Of a stretch of DNA of 64,000 bases, positions 18,409 to 27,404 are shown piece by piece. The stretch is from NCBI GenBank assembly GCA_041649155.1, contig JBAZNP010000001.1:366564-430563 (forward strand). The letters run 5' to 3'. The position numbers and the translations under genes were made by a program. Numbering within the stretch: position 1 is the first letter of the stretch; each line of letters opens with the position of its first letter. The notes beneath the pieces were generated by a model. It was given only the letters and a program-made list of their open reading frames with translations, ran no database searches and was not told the origin of the DNA. Source of the stretch: Patescibacteria group bacterium. GTDB taxonomy: Bacteria > Patescibacteriota > UBA1384 > XYA2-FULL-43-10 > 1-14-0-10-43-13.

Positions 18409-18771
18409 ATGAATAAAATAACAACATTTAAAGATTTAGTTGTTTGGCAAAAGTCACATCAGTTAACACTTTTAGTTTATAAAGCAGTTGCGCGATTTCC
18501 ACGTTTTGAAGAATTTGGGTTATCTAGTCAGATGAGAAGATGCTCGTCATCCGTTCCATCGAATATTGCAGAGGGATTTAAAAAGAATTCGACAAAAGAC
18601 AGCCTTCATTTTTATAATATTGCAGAATGTTCTTTGGAAGAATTAAAATATCAACTAATTTTAGCTAGAGATTTGAGCTATATTGATAATAATGGATACG
18701 ACACACTTGATAGTTTAGCGGAAGAAGTCAGTAAAGTGCTTTACGGCTGGATAAAAAGCCACAAACAGTAG
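18409..18771 (+). CDS. Four-helix-bundle protein (TIGR02436-type, 23S rRNA intervening-sequence protein family)
   Basis: FKDLVVWQKSHQL...FPR.EEFGLSSQMRR...SVPSNIAEG...LEEL. Flanked by inverted ACAGATAACAG-type motifs at 18387-18408 and 18772-18806. Confidence 0.7.
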   Translation: MNKITTFKDLVVWQKSHQLTLLVYKAVARFPRFEEFGLSSQMRRCSSSVPSNIAEGFKKNSTKDSLHFYNIAECSLEELKYQLILARDLSYIDNNGYDTLDSLAEEVSKVLYGWIKSHKQ

Positions 18772-18805
18772 CTGTAATCTGTCTAACTGTTATCTGTATA
18801 CTAGC

Positions 18806-19111
18806 CTAGATTCCTGCCACGAACCATCCTGCCGCTCTTAGTATTACAAACGACAGGGCGACTACAATTATCCCGATTATTGCGTTTATGAGTCCTTGCT
18901 GGGCTTTTTTTGATTGTTCTGGATTGCCGCCAGCTGTGATATAGGATATGCCGGATACTACTAAAAATATAAAAGCCAGAACGCCGGCGATATATAAGAG
19001 CCAAGTGGTGATCAGCGTAACTAATCCAAAAATAGTCACCGGTGTTAATGCGACGTTTATTGCTCCGACCAGCTGCTCTCCTGTAATTGTGACAAGCGGG
19101 AAGATTGGCAT
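18806..19111 (-). CDS. Small pilin-like protein with conserved module ...AFIFLVVSGISYITAGGNPEQSKKAQ...IIGIIVVALSFVI (TrbC/VirB2-like T4SS_pilin-type; family assignment by memory)
   Basis: 101 aa, two hydrophobic helices. Paralog of 19420, 19778 C-term, 20976 C-term, 22198. Confidence 0.6.
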   Translation of the reverse strand: MPIFPLVTITGEQLVGAINVALTPVTIFGLVTLITTWLLYIAGVLAFIFLVVSGISYITAGGNPEQSKKAQQGLINAIIGIIVVALSFVILRAAGWFVAGI

Positions 19112-19145
19112 CTTTTAGTTTTAAGAATATTTAAAAATTACTAAT

Positions 19146-19298
19146 TGTCATTCCCGACCTGCCTGCCGGCAGACAGGCTTGTATCGGGAATCCAGAAATG
19201 ACACAGGCAGCCCAACTCTCTGGATCCCAGATCTCCCATTCGACAAAGCTCAGGGCCTGAGTGAAATCGAAGGCAAGCTTGCAGTCTGGGATGACGAC
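19146..19298. repeat. Composite family P/M repeat (tgtcattcccgac-ctgcctgccggcagacagg-...-ggaatccagaaatgacacaggc...ctctggatcccag...gtctgggatgacga)
   Basis: Shares the palindrome module with 11266 and 36099, and the ggat-ccagaaatgac / ctggatccc modules with 48223 and 29841. Confidence 0.7.
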
Positions 19299-19419
19299 AA
19301 GTGTAGTAACAGTCATAATTTAATCATCCTCTCTGGCTAAAATCTTTATGAAATATTATATTTGGTAAACAAAAAATGCCCCCGAGAGAGCATTTTCTTA
19401 AGAATCATTTTTTAATTAA

Positions 19420-19749
19420 TTACTGTATGGTGCCGCTGCTAGCAGTGTTGCTGACAGCAGTAAGTATAACATATGCTAATACAACTATAACGATACCAAT
19501 AACAGAGTTGATTATCCCTTGTTGCCCTTTTTTGGCCTGTTCTGCATTTCCGCCTGCCGTAATGTAAGTTATGCCTGAAACAACTAGATAAATAAAAGCT
19601 AAAACGCCGACGATGTATATGATCCATGTAATTACATTGTTTACTATATCTCCAATATTGGAGTTGGTGCTACTTATAGAAATGGCGGTTCCCAATTGAT
19701 TAGCATCCGGTGATTGTGCGTAAACTTTTTCAATTAAACTTGTTAACAT
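19420..19749 (-). CDS. Small pilin-like protein (same conserved module)
   Basis: 109 aa; ...AFIYLVVSGITYITAGGNAEQAKKGQQ... Strong SD AAGGAGGAG upstream. Confidence 0.6.
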   Translation of the reverse strand: MLTSLIEKVYAQSPDANQLGTAISISSTNSNIGDIVNNVITWIIYIVGVLAFIYLVVSGITYITAGGNAEQAKKGQQGIINSVIGIVIVVLAYVILTAVSNTASSGTIQ

Positions 19750-19777
19750 TCTCCTCCTTAATTAAAGCGAGCATGGG

Positions 19778-20968
19778 TTATTGAAAAATACTTTCAATTA
19801 TTTTCATTATTCCTATTGCTACACCTATAACAATTACTCCTATAACCGACCATAGAAGAGTTTTTTTGGCCAGTTCAGCCTTACTCTCCTCTCCATAGGA
19901 AGTTAAATAAATTATTGATGCATACAGTATCATTATAAAGGCAACCACTGCACTAATGTCAAGAAGCCAGCTGATCAAAGTCGTTACCATGCAAAGAATT
20001 TGATCTAAATCTTTCTTTGAGCTACAGGTGTTAAGAAGATTCTTGATATTAAAGTTGTTTAAACCAGAAACAGAAACAGCTTTAGCGTCACTATCGTTTG
20101 TGGCGACTTCCGCTACTGTAACCTTATATTCGGTATGATTATTATTAGTCCCTAAAACGCCGGGATAAACCTCCACGATAATTGTGTGAGAACCTGTATC
20201 GGTGCCGCCTGTGTCCCATTCTACTGTGACAGGTACATTGTCATCCGGCACAGTCCCAGATCCTTTTAAATGGTCATCTGTATTTTGATCGATATAAACT
20301 TTATAAGTCTGCCCTTCTAGATCAAAAAATTTGACCTTTATGCTGGCAGTATCCCCTTTTTTGACATTATTCGTATCGGGTGTTATGACAATGCCTTCAG
20401 TTTCAGCAATATCAAAGTTGTAGTCTTCGATTTGAAAGTTAGAGCAATTCCTAACCTTGTCATCTATAACAAACCTTAAGTCATAATTGCCTGCTGAACC
20501 ATAATCGCCAGCATTAATCGGCTTTGGAATTGTGAACTCTCCAACGCGATCTTCTTCCGGTCTAATGACGCCGTCGGCTATTAATTTATAGACGCTTCCA
20601 GATTGAGGATCATCCTGACCGTTCCATAGATAAATTCTATAATTATAGATTACCTGATTTGTTCCAAGAGGATCCGCATTTGAACCGTTGCTTTTTTTGC
20701 CCAGCACTGCTCCAGTTTTGTATTCTGTATCTTCGGGTTGCTTGATTTCATAGGCGACAGTTTGTCCAGCAAAAAGTTTTCTGGAGTCTGGAAATTGAAC
20801 AGTAATATCAAGATCTTCCGTTACGGTGCAGGAAGAGTTAAAAGAGGTATCGGCGTCTTCAGCAAAAACTTGCGACGAGTTAGTAAGAGAAAGAGTGTAA
20901 ATTACAGAAAATATAAAAGAAGCAATCAGAAATCCAACGTAAGTAAATTTTATTATATTTTTTTTCAT
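19778..20968 (-). CDS. Secreted protein with about 300-aa N-terminal ectodomain fused to a C-terminal pilin-like module
   Basis: Signal peptide. C-terminus ...VAFIMILYASIIYLTSYGEESKAELAKK...VIGVIVIGVAIGI. Confidence 0.6.
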   Translation of the reverse strand: MKKNIIKFTYVGFLIASFIFSVIYTLSLTNSSQVFAEDADTSFNSSCTVTEDLDITVQFPDSRKLFAGQTVAYEIKQPEDTEYKTGAVLGKKSNGSNADPLGTNQVIYNYRIYLWNGQDDPQSGSVYKLIADGVIRPEEDRVGEFTIPKPINAGDYGSAGNYDLRFVIDDKVRNCSNFQIEDYNFDIAETEGIVITPDTNNVKKGDTASIKVKFFDLEGQTYKVYIDQNTDDHLKGSGTVPDDNVPVTVEWDTGGTDTGSHTIIVEVYPGVLGTNNNHTEYKVTVAEVATNDSDAKAVSVSGLNNFNIKNLLNTCSSKKDLDQILCMVTTLISWLLDISAVVAFIMILYASIIYLTSYGEESKAELAKKTLLWSVIGVIVIGVAIGIMKIIESIFQ

Positions 20969-20975
20969 TATTGTC

Positions 20976-22190
20976 CTATTTCGGGCCGCTCCAAAAGTTT
21001 GCTGCGATTGTTTGTATGGTTAAAGATAATGTTGCGGCCACAATACCAATGATGGAGTACATTAGTGCTTTTTTTGCTTTTTCCGCTTTGGCTGTGTCTC
21101 CGCCTGCGGTTATGTATTGAATGCCGCTTATCATAATGCCAATAAATGCTAAAACTCCGATTGCCCATTCGAGCAATTCTACTATTAACAAGGCTAAGTC
21201 CCCGATTCCATTGATTTCGCTATGGAGAGGAAAGCCCGATGCTAATTTTGCTAAAACAGTAGAAAAATTATTCGGAACTGTTAATTTATCCGTGTCTGTG
21301 CTGCTTCCCTCTGACCCAGGAGTTTGTCCTTCGCTTCCTGAAATGTTTACGGTTATTTCTGCTTGACCTGTCATCGGGCTATCTGTGCCGGCATCAATGA
21401 AAGTCTTTATCCTGACTTTATGATAAATACAAGTTTTTTCTTGCGGCGACCAGGGCATTTCTATATAACCTGACGCCGGATCTGGATCGGCGGATATTAT
21501 TTGAGCATCCTGCATTTTATCGATATAATTGCCGGCGCAGTCTGTAATCCAAATATGGTAAACTTCATCGGCATGGCCGGAAAAACGATATTTTATCATG
21601 GTTGACGCATCAGTATTGTCAGTGCCATCAGAATTTTTAAGATTGATTGTTTCGGGATCAGCCGACAATTCAATTTCGCCATGCAGCGCAACAGCACCAT
21701 TATTAGTAAAGCTAAAGCTCTGTATCTGGTCTGATAAAACATTATATTTGCAACCGGTAGTTAGATTTTCATAACTTACCACTGCTTTATAGTCTCCGGC
21801 TTCACTAATCGGTATCACAACTGGGTTCGGGCTAAATCCGTTTGAAAATCCTGGTTCTGCCTCTCCGTATGATGTGTAAATATCATTTTCGTAATAATTA
21901 TTATAATTGTCGTAACCCACTTTCCTGATTTCGATTTTGTATTTTATCTTATTATTTATATCTAGTTTATTTAATGAGAGGGTAACTTTTTTTGTTACAT
22001 CTTCACTCGGTATTAAGGTGTATGTGGCTGGAGCTGAAGAATCGCAGGCAGCTTTAACTCTCATCGACTCATTAGGCGCGAAGAGATTTATTGCGGCAGC
22101 AATGAGTAGAGTAGTATTAAAAATTATTGCGAATGTTCCAATTGCAATAAGAGCGGAAGCGGTTCTTTTTACTATTCGATAATGTTTCAT
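20976..22190 (-). CDS. Secreted protein with about 320-aa N-terminal ectodomain fused to a C-terminal pilin-like module
   Basis: C-terminus ...LAFIGIMISGIQYITAGGDTAKAEKAKK...IIGIVAATLSL. 7-nt gaps to both neighbours (operon). Confidence 0.6.
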   Translation of the reverse strand: MKHYRIVKRTASALIAIGTFAIIFNTTLLIAAAINLFAPNESMRVKAACDSSAPATYTLIPSEDVTKKVTLSLNKLDINNKIKYKIEIRKVGYDNYNNYYENDIYTSYGEAEPGFSNGFSPNPVVIPISEAGDYKAVVSYENLTTGCKYNVLSDQIQSFSFTNNGAVALHGEIELSADPETINLKNSDGTDNTDASTMIKYRFSGHADEVYHIWITDCAGNYIDKMQDAQIISADPDPASGYIEMPWSPQEKTCIYHKVRIKTFIDAGTDSPMTGQAEITVNISGSEGQTPGSEGSSTDTDKLTVPNNFSTVLAKLASGFPLHSEINGIGDLALLIVELLEWAIGVLAFIGIMISGIQYITAGGDTAKAEKAKKALMYSIIGIVAATLSLTIQTIAANFWSGPK

Positions 22191-22197
22191 TGTGAAA

Positions 22198-22566
22198 TTA
22201 TTTTACTCCTAAAAAATTCAGAATGGCGTCAATCAATAAAAGCATAATAAATCCCAGAATCGCCCCAAGAGCTATCTCTTTAGCTTCGCTAATCTGGGTT
22301 TCATTACCTTTTGAGGTAACATATTTTATCCCGGCGTAGATAATCATTAAAGAGGCCAGAGCAAACCCAAGCTTTATCGCATAAACCAGCACGGCTGACA
22401 TATAGGATTTGTATCCTGCAAATTGGGTTTGGCCGTTTACGGTCACGCCTGTTTCCAATGCAAAAACCTTGGAAAATGTTATCGCCGACAAAAAAGAAAA
22501 CGTTTTTACAAAAGAACGGAATTTTTTTAAAAAATAGTTATTTTGAGTAATTTTTGTCTTTTTCAT
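22198..22566 (-). CDS. Pilin-like module protein. Start re-called at ATG 22566 (MKKTKITQ...), SD GGAGG
   Basis: C-terminus ...LASLMIIYAGIKYVTSKGNETQISEAKE...ILGFIMLLLI. Confidence 0.55.
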   Translation of the reverse strand: MKKTKITQNNYFLKKFRSFVKTFSFLSAITFSKVFALETGVTVNGQTQFAGYKSYMSAVLVYAIKLGFALASLMIIYAGIKYVTSKGNETQISEAKEIALGAILGFIMLLLIDAILNFLGVK

Positions 22567-22623
22567 TTCCCCTCCTAGCCCCGTTTGATATCGCAAGCGA
22601 TTATCTAATAGAGGCACTTCCAT

Positions 22624-22694
22624 CCGTCACCCTGAACTTGATTCAGGATTTGGTTACTATTTGTATAGGTTCCAGATCAAGTCTGGAATGACAT
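22624..22694. repeat. Family M inverted-repeat element (gtcaccctgaacttgattcagga ... tccagatcaagtctggaatgac)
   Basis: Related to 29841-29919 and the arms of 19146 and 48223. Confidence 0.6.
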
Positions 22695-22710
22695 GTAATT
22701 AATTTGCTCT

Positions 22711-24063
22711 TTACCAAGTCTCTTTTCTTAATAACTGGGTTATTTTGTCTGAGGCTAAATCAAGGGCAGACTGAGGCTCTTGTGTGCCGGAATTGACGGA
22801 GTCAATTGCAGTATTCATTAACGAATCAAATTCAACAGGATATCTTCCCTTAATTAAGGAGTGCGCTGTAGCCAAAGAAAGTTTTTCCGGATTTGTACCT
22901 GTGCGACTTTTAAGAGAAATGTCATAGCTGGAAGCTTTTTTTGAAGTATAAAGACGATTGGCGGAGCTGAAATCATCTTGGATGCTTTCTCCTGCTAAAG
23001 TCGAAACTAAATTCCAGGATGCAGCTGAATTTTTTGACAACCGGCTTACTCCATAAGCGGTAAATCTCGCATAATCAGTAATTTTACCTGCATCTTCGCT
23101 TAATTGCGGTGCAAATCCCTTTTTGTATTTAAGGCTCGGATATTTTTGAAGCAGTGTGTTTTGAAGGCTTGAATAACCAAAGATCATTGCCACTTTTCCG
23201 TTGGCAAATGCATCTATTGGATCGCCTATAGAATCGTCCCAGCAGTAGTTTTCAGAGCTAGGATCGGCGAAAGAAGTATAAAACTCCAAAGCTCGTGTAC
23301 CCGGATTGTCGTTTGCCCCTGTCGAGGTGTCTTTTGGTAGATTGAAAGTGGCCAATTCTTTGTTGTCCGATAAAATGCTTGTCTCGTTTTGTTTCATCAG
23401 AAGATATAAAATATCTTGAGAATTGGGTATTTTGCTTGTTCCTAGCGCAACCCCAGCCACTCCGTTAGCGCTGATTATGTTTGATGCTTCGACAAAGTCT
23501 GTCCACGTCCCAGGCACATCGAATAGAAGGCTGCTAGCTCTTTTTGTTGTTTCTTTATCGTCTTTATTTGCCTCATTATATGCTTTCAGCGCACTGCTAA
23601 ATATTGTTGGGTTATAGTAAACCATTAGAGGCTCGACTGAAGGCGTTAAAGCATAAATTTTATCATTTATGTAGACCGATTCTTTAACCGATGGAACGTA
23701 TTGTTTGTCTAGGTCCAATTTTTTGGCTGTTGCCTCCGGCATGCTGGCCAATTTTTCTTTATGGCGATATACCCAGTCATTTGGCATTGCCCACACATCG
23801 GGACCGGCTCCGGAAGAGATTGAATTTAAGGCTCGATTCTCATAACCAGAGTCTAACTCCTGCTTTACATACGTAACAGTATATCCTTTATTGCTTTTTT
23901 CAAAATTTTTTATTACAGGCTTCCAAGCGTCTTCTTCCTCGAAGCCCCAGACAACAATAGCCCCGCTGGTTGTGGTTTTCTTTGTACAGCCGGATAAAGT
24001 AGTCGCAAAAATCAGAGCAACCAATAAGTAGCCCACGGTTTTAAATATTTTTTTAGTATTCAT
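22711..24063 (-). CDS. ABC transporter substrate-binding lipoprotein (sugar-type, solute-binding family 1)
   Basis: Lipobox LSGC. 450 aa. No cognate permease adjacent. Confidence 0.65.
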   Translation of the reverse strand: MNTKKIFKTVGYLLVALIFATTLSGCTKKTTTSGAIVVWGFEEEDAWKPVIKNFEKSNKGYTVTYVKQELDSGYENRALNSISSGAGPDVWAMPNDWVYRHKEKLASMPEATAKKLDLDKQYVPSVKESVYINDKIYALTPSVEPLMVYYNPTIFSSALKAYNEANKDDKETTKRASSLLFDVPGTWTDFVEASNIISANGVAGVALGTSKIPNSQDILYLLMKQNETSILSDNKELATFNLPKDTSTGANDNPGTRALEFYTSFADPSSENYCWDDSIGDPIDAFANGKVAMIFGYSSLQNTLLQKYPSLKYKKGFAPQLSEDAGKITDYARFTAYGVSRLSKNSAASWNLVSTLAGESIQDDFSSANRLYTSKKASSYDISLKSRTGTNPEKLSLATAHSLIKGRYPVEFDSLMNTAIDSVNSGTQEPQSALDLASDKITQLLRKETW

Positions 24064-24098
24064 GATAACCCCTCCACATTCAATTTTAAATTTGTAAA

Positions 24099-24986
24099 TT
24101 ATAAATTCTTAGAGATTTCTTTTATGAATTTACCAAATTCCTCGTTTATATCATCACGTTTAAGCGCCATTTCTACATTTGTTTTTAAGTACTCAGTGAT
24201 ATTTCCACAGTCATAATATTTTCCGTTTTTTATTTCAACCGCCATGCAATTTTGACCTTCTTTGCGAAGCTGATTTACGCCGTCAACATAAACCAATTCG
24301 GCGTTGTCGGCTACTTTAACTTCTTTTAGCGCTTTAAATATTTCTGGTGGGAAAACAAAACCGGAAACAATTGCCAAGTTAGACGGTAAATTTTCTGGAC
24401 CTGGTTTTTCAATTAGATCTGAGACTTTTATTACTCCGTTTTCTAATTCTTCCCCTTTTGCATATGCGTATCGTTTTGTGTCCTCTGGCTTGTCTGTCCT
24501 GATTCCGCCCAAAATCATTGTTCCATATTTGTTATATGCTTCAATCAATTGTTTTGTTCTGGAAGGTTCCGCTGATATGAAGTCGTCTCCCCAAAGCACG
24601 ACAAAGGGTTCGTCGCCTACAATCTTTTCGGCAGTTAAGATAGCGTCGCCATTACCTTTCGCCTCTTTTTGACGGACGTAAACAAATTCAGCCAGCTCAG
24701 ATAATCTTTTTATTTTTTCGAGCTGTTCTATTTTGCCTGATTTTTCGAGCTTGGCTTCCAACTCTAAATGCCGGTCAAAATGATCTTCGATCGCTCTTTT
24801 ATGCCAACTTGTCACAAAAATAACTTGCTCTATCCCCGCTTCTGCCAATTCTTCAACGACATATTGTATTACTGGTTTGTCTACAATCGGCAGCATTTCT
24901 TTTGGCATCGCCTTTGAAGCTGGCAAAAAACGAGTGCCATATCCGGCAACTGGAACAACAGCTTTACGTATTTTTTTCATAATCAA
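24099..24986 (-). CDS. galU: UTP--glucose-1-phosphate uridylyltransferase
   Basis: AVVPVAGYGTRFLPASKAMPKEMLPIVDKPVIQYVVEE signature. Confidence 0.85.
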   Translation of the reverse strand: MIMKKIRKAVVPVAGYGTRFLPASKAMPKEMLPIVDKPVIQYVVEELAEAGIEQVIFVTSWHKRAIEDHFDRHLELEAKLEKSGKIEQLEKIKRLSELAEFVYVRQKEAKGNGDAILTAEKIVGDEPFVVLWGDDFISAEPSRTKQLIEAYNKYGTMILGGIRTDKPEDTKRYAYAKGEELENGVIKVSDLIEKPGPENLPSNLAIVSGFVFPPEIFKALKEVKVADNAELVYVDGVNQLRKEGQNCMAVEIKNGKYYDCGNITEYLKTNVEMALKRDDINEEFGKFIKEISKNL

Positions 24987-25107
24987 TCCTTGTTTAGTAG
25001 CAATATAAATTTATCATAGAAAATATTTTATTACAAAAAATGCTGGATAGTCCAGCTGAGATTTTTTTGACAGTCCCCTTTCTAAAAAAGTAAATAAAAA
25101 CCGAATG

Positions 25108-25149
25108 GATCCCCGCCTTCGCGGGGATGACGGCATAGTCAGCCGTCAT
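25108..25149. repeat. Family H hairpin (inverted copy) plus adjacent atgacggc...gccgtcat hairpin
   Basis: ggatccccgccttcgcggggatgac. Confidence 0.6.
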
Positions 25150-25520
25150 TTTTCATTTACTTTAATGACTTTTGTTTTAACTTTAGCGTCCTTTGGAATT
25201 TGAATAGTTAAAAGACCATCTTTTAAGGTAGCCTTTGCATCTTCGGTATTAACGGCGATAGGGAGAACATAGGAGCGAGAGAAAGGACCCCAGTAACATT
25301 CTTGTGTGAAATGTTTTTCAACTGACACGTCGTGACCTGGCTTTCTTTCGCCTCTTAAAGTGACAACTTCCTCGGTTATTGAGATATCCACATCTCCGGC
25401 TTTTACGCCGGCTATTGGCGCCAATATATAAATACTATGTTCGTCTTGATAAACATCGACAGAAAGTTGACCTTCAGATTCTTCGCCATACATCCAGTCT
25501 TCATGATTTGTTTCTATCAT
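25146..25520 (-). CDS. Hsp20/alpha-crystallin family small heat-shock protein
   Basis: 124 aa with ACD-like core (...GVKAGDVDISITEEVVTLRGER...ATLKDGLLTIQIPK). Confidence 0.8.
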   Translation of the reverse strand: MIETNHEDWMYGEESEGQLSVDVYQDEHSIYILAPIAGVKAGDVDISITEEVVTLRGERKPGHDVSVEKHFTQECYWGPFSRSYVLPIAVNTEDAKATLKDGLLTIQIPKDAKVKTKVIKVNEK

Positions 25521-25560
25521 TTGCCCTCCTTTGTCAGTTTTGCCTCAAAAAAACTAAATA

Positions 25561-25605
25561 TTGACTGACTATTTTAAGTATAGTAAACCCTAAAAAAATA
25601 GTCAA
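25561..25605 (-). promoter_or_regulatory. Sigma70-like promoter for hsp20 (minus strand: TTGACT -17- TATACT; -35 at 25605-25600, -10 at 25582-25577) embedded in an imperfect inverted repeat TTGACTGACTATTTT / AAAATAGTCAA
   Basis: Hexamers and spacing read directly. SD AAAGGAGGG before the ATG. Confidence 0.5.
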
Positions 25606-25607
25606 AT

Positions 25608-25741
25608 ATTCCTTTTTGAATTACGAAATTACGCTCACCCTCATCAAATTTCTAGGCGCTCTCAAGGCTCCATGCGCCTGCCTGCCGGCAGGCAGGCTTG
25701 CAACCGTCGAAATTTGACAAGGTCTCACAATTTCGTAATTC
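25608..25741. repeat. Family P variant with outer inverted repeat gaattacgaaatt / aatttcgtaattc and central palindrome cgcctgcctgccggcaggcaggc
   Basis: Sequence comparison with the other palindrome-containing copies. Confidence 0.65.
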
Positions 25742-25830
25742 AAGATATGTTGTAGTTTATTATGGACTTTGCATAATTTATATAGTTTAGGCATATTTAA
25801 ATTGTTAAGAATATTTTTTGAGATTAAAAT

Positions 25831-26565
25831 GTGAAAAATGTGGCATTGAAATTTAAAGCGCCAATATTAGCAATTTACAGTTTTTTTCTGGAGATATTTT
25901 TCCCAAAACGATGTGTTGACTGTGGAAAACCGGCGGAGCATTTTGTTTGTTCTGATTGCATTAAAAGTATAGAAAAAAATAAAACATCGACCTGTCCTGA
26001 CTGTGGAAAAATCAGTCAATCCGGTAAATACTGTCAAAAATGCAAAAAGAAAAACGGTATATATTTAACAGGATTAATTGCGGCTGCAAGGTATGAAATC
26101 GGACCTCTCAAAGAAATGGTCCATCATTTAAAATATTCTGGAATTACCAGCTTGGCTGAACTACTTGGAGAGCTCATGGCTGAGCGCCTTGAGCGTGAAA
26201 CATTAAAAAGCGGCCTTGTATTGGTGCCAGTCCCCTTGCATCGAAAAAGAGAATTTACCAGAGGTTTTAATCAAGCCGAGCTTTTGGCAAGACACATTTC
26301 AGAAAGGTTGAATATTCCAGGTGGTTTGGCTTTAACGAGGACAAAAAATACGCCGAGTCAGGTGACTTTGTCCGGTGATTTGAGAAAAACGAATTTGATT
26401 AATGTTTTTAGATGTGATGACATTGAATTAATTACTGGAAAAACCGTATTGTTAATCGACGATGTCACAACAACAGGTTCGACATTAAATGAATGCGCCA
26501 AAGTGTTAAAACAAAATGGCGCAAAAAATGTTTATGGAGTGGTAGTGGCAAGACGAGTGAATTAA
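25831..26565 (+). CDS. comFC: ComF family protein (double zinc ribbon + phosphoribosyltransferase domain)
   Basis: Two CxxC pairs at the N-terminus. PRTase motif VLLIDDVTTTGSTL. Confidence 0.8.
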   Translation: MKNVALKFKAPILAIYSFFLEIFFPKRCVDCGKPAEHFVCSDCIKSIEKNKTSTCPDCGKISQSGKYCQKCKKKNGIYLTGLIAAARYEIGPLKEMVHHLKYSGITSLAELLGELMAERLERETLKSGLVLVPVPLHRKREFTRGFNQAELLARHISERLNIPGGLALTRTKNTPSQVTLSGDLRKTNLINVFRCDDIELITGKTVLLIDDVTTTGSTLNECAKVLKQNGAKNVYGVVVARRVN

Positions 26566-26586
26566 TTCAGGACTTACGCGATTGAT

Positions 26587-26728
26587 GTCATTCCGACTCC
26601 TTGGCTTTGTCCAAGGGTGGAGGAATCTTAAAAATAATTACTATTAAAAGATCCCTCCACTTTGGTCGGGATGACAGAATACATAATAGGGAGATTCCTC
26701 CCCTGATACATCGGGGTCGAAATGACAG
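26587..26728. repeat. Family P composite repeat (gtcattccgactc...ggaggaatc...aaagatccctccactttggtcgggatgaca...ggggtcgaaatgacag)
   Basis: Causes the spurious 45-codon N-terminal extension of ORF 26601. Confidence 0.7.
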
Positions 26729-26735
26729 CTATAAA

Positions 26736-27203
26736 ATGACTAAAAAACAAATTATTATCATTCTAATACTGGCCGTAACTGCTATTTTCTTGGTCGTTTT
26801 TTGCTTTTGGAGGGCAAAATCAAATAATCAACATGCTAATAGTCAGACAAAACAAGTTTGCTATGAGGCTCGATGCTTTAACGTTGAATTAGCGACAACT
26901 TCCGAAGAACAGGAAAGGGGACTGATGGAGAGGGAAAGTTTGGCTGCGGATGCTGGCATGTTGTTCGTTTATCGGTCAGAAGGGGACTATCCGTTTTGGA
27001 TGAAAAACACAAAAATTCCCCTGGATATGATTTGGATCGACAAAGATTTTAAAGTGGTTTCCATGGTCGCTGCAGAGCCTTGCGTGTCCGATCCCTGCCG
27101 CATTTACGACCCTCAAAAACAGGCAAAATATGTTTTGGAGCTAAGCGCCGGCACAGCCCAAAACATCAACCTCAAAGAAGGGGACGAGGTGGTTTTTAAA
27201 TAG
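26736..27203 (+). CDS. DUF192 (COG1430) domain protein with N-terminal TM anchor. Start re-called at ATG 26736
   Basis: MTKKQIIIILILAV... then ...GLMERESLAADAGMLFVY...YPFWMKNTKIPLDMIWID. Confidence 0.65.
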   Translation: MTKKQIIIILILAVTAIFLVVFCFWRAKSNNQHANSQTKQVCYEARCFNVELATTSEEQERGLMERESLAADAGMLFVYRSEGDYPFWMKNTKIPLDMIWIDKDFKVVSMVAAEPCVSDPCRIYDPQKQAKYVLELSAGTAQNINLKEGDEVVFK

Positions 27204-27404
27204 GACAAACATAAAAGAATATCTTTTGAAAATAAAAAATGCCCGTTCGGGCAGTTTTTAAATGGCGGAGAGGGTGGGATTTGGTCACTGGTATTTTTCT
27301 GCTGAAAAATCCATCGACCCCGCCTCGCGCTACCCGCGCTCCGGCTTTCAAATCTTTTTCTATCAAATCAAACCAAATCTGGCTATGCCAGCCTCAGTTT
27401 GATT

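Noticed and set aside
19131-19316. 61-aa ORF 19131-19316 (and 19376-19567, 19439-19627, 20738-21052, 20968-21168)
   Set aside because: They lie within a repeat element or are antisense/out-of-frame overlaps of the pilin-module genes
25561-25605. CIRCE or HAIR heat-shock operator upstream of hsp20
   Set aside because: The inverted repeat present does not match either consensus (TTAGCACTC-N9-GAGTGCTAA or CTTGAGT-N7-ACTCAAG)
26601-26735. Track start 26601 for the DUF192 gene
   Set aside because: The first 45 codons are the family P repeat. The real start is ATG 26736, followed by a TM helix
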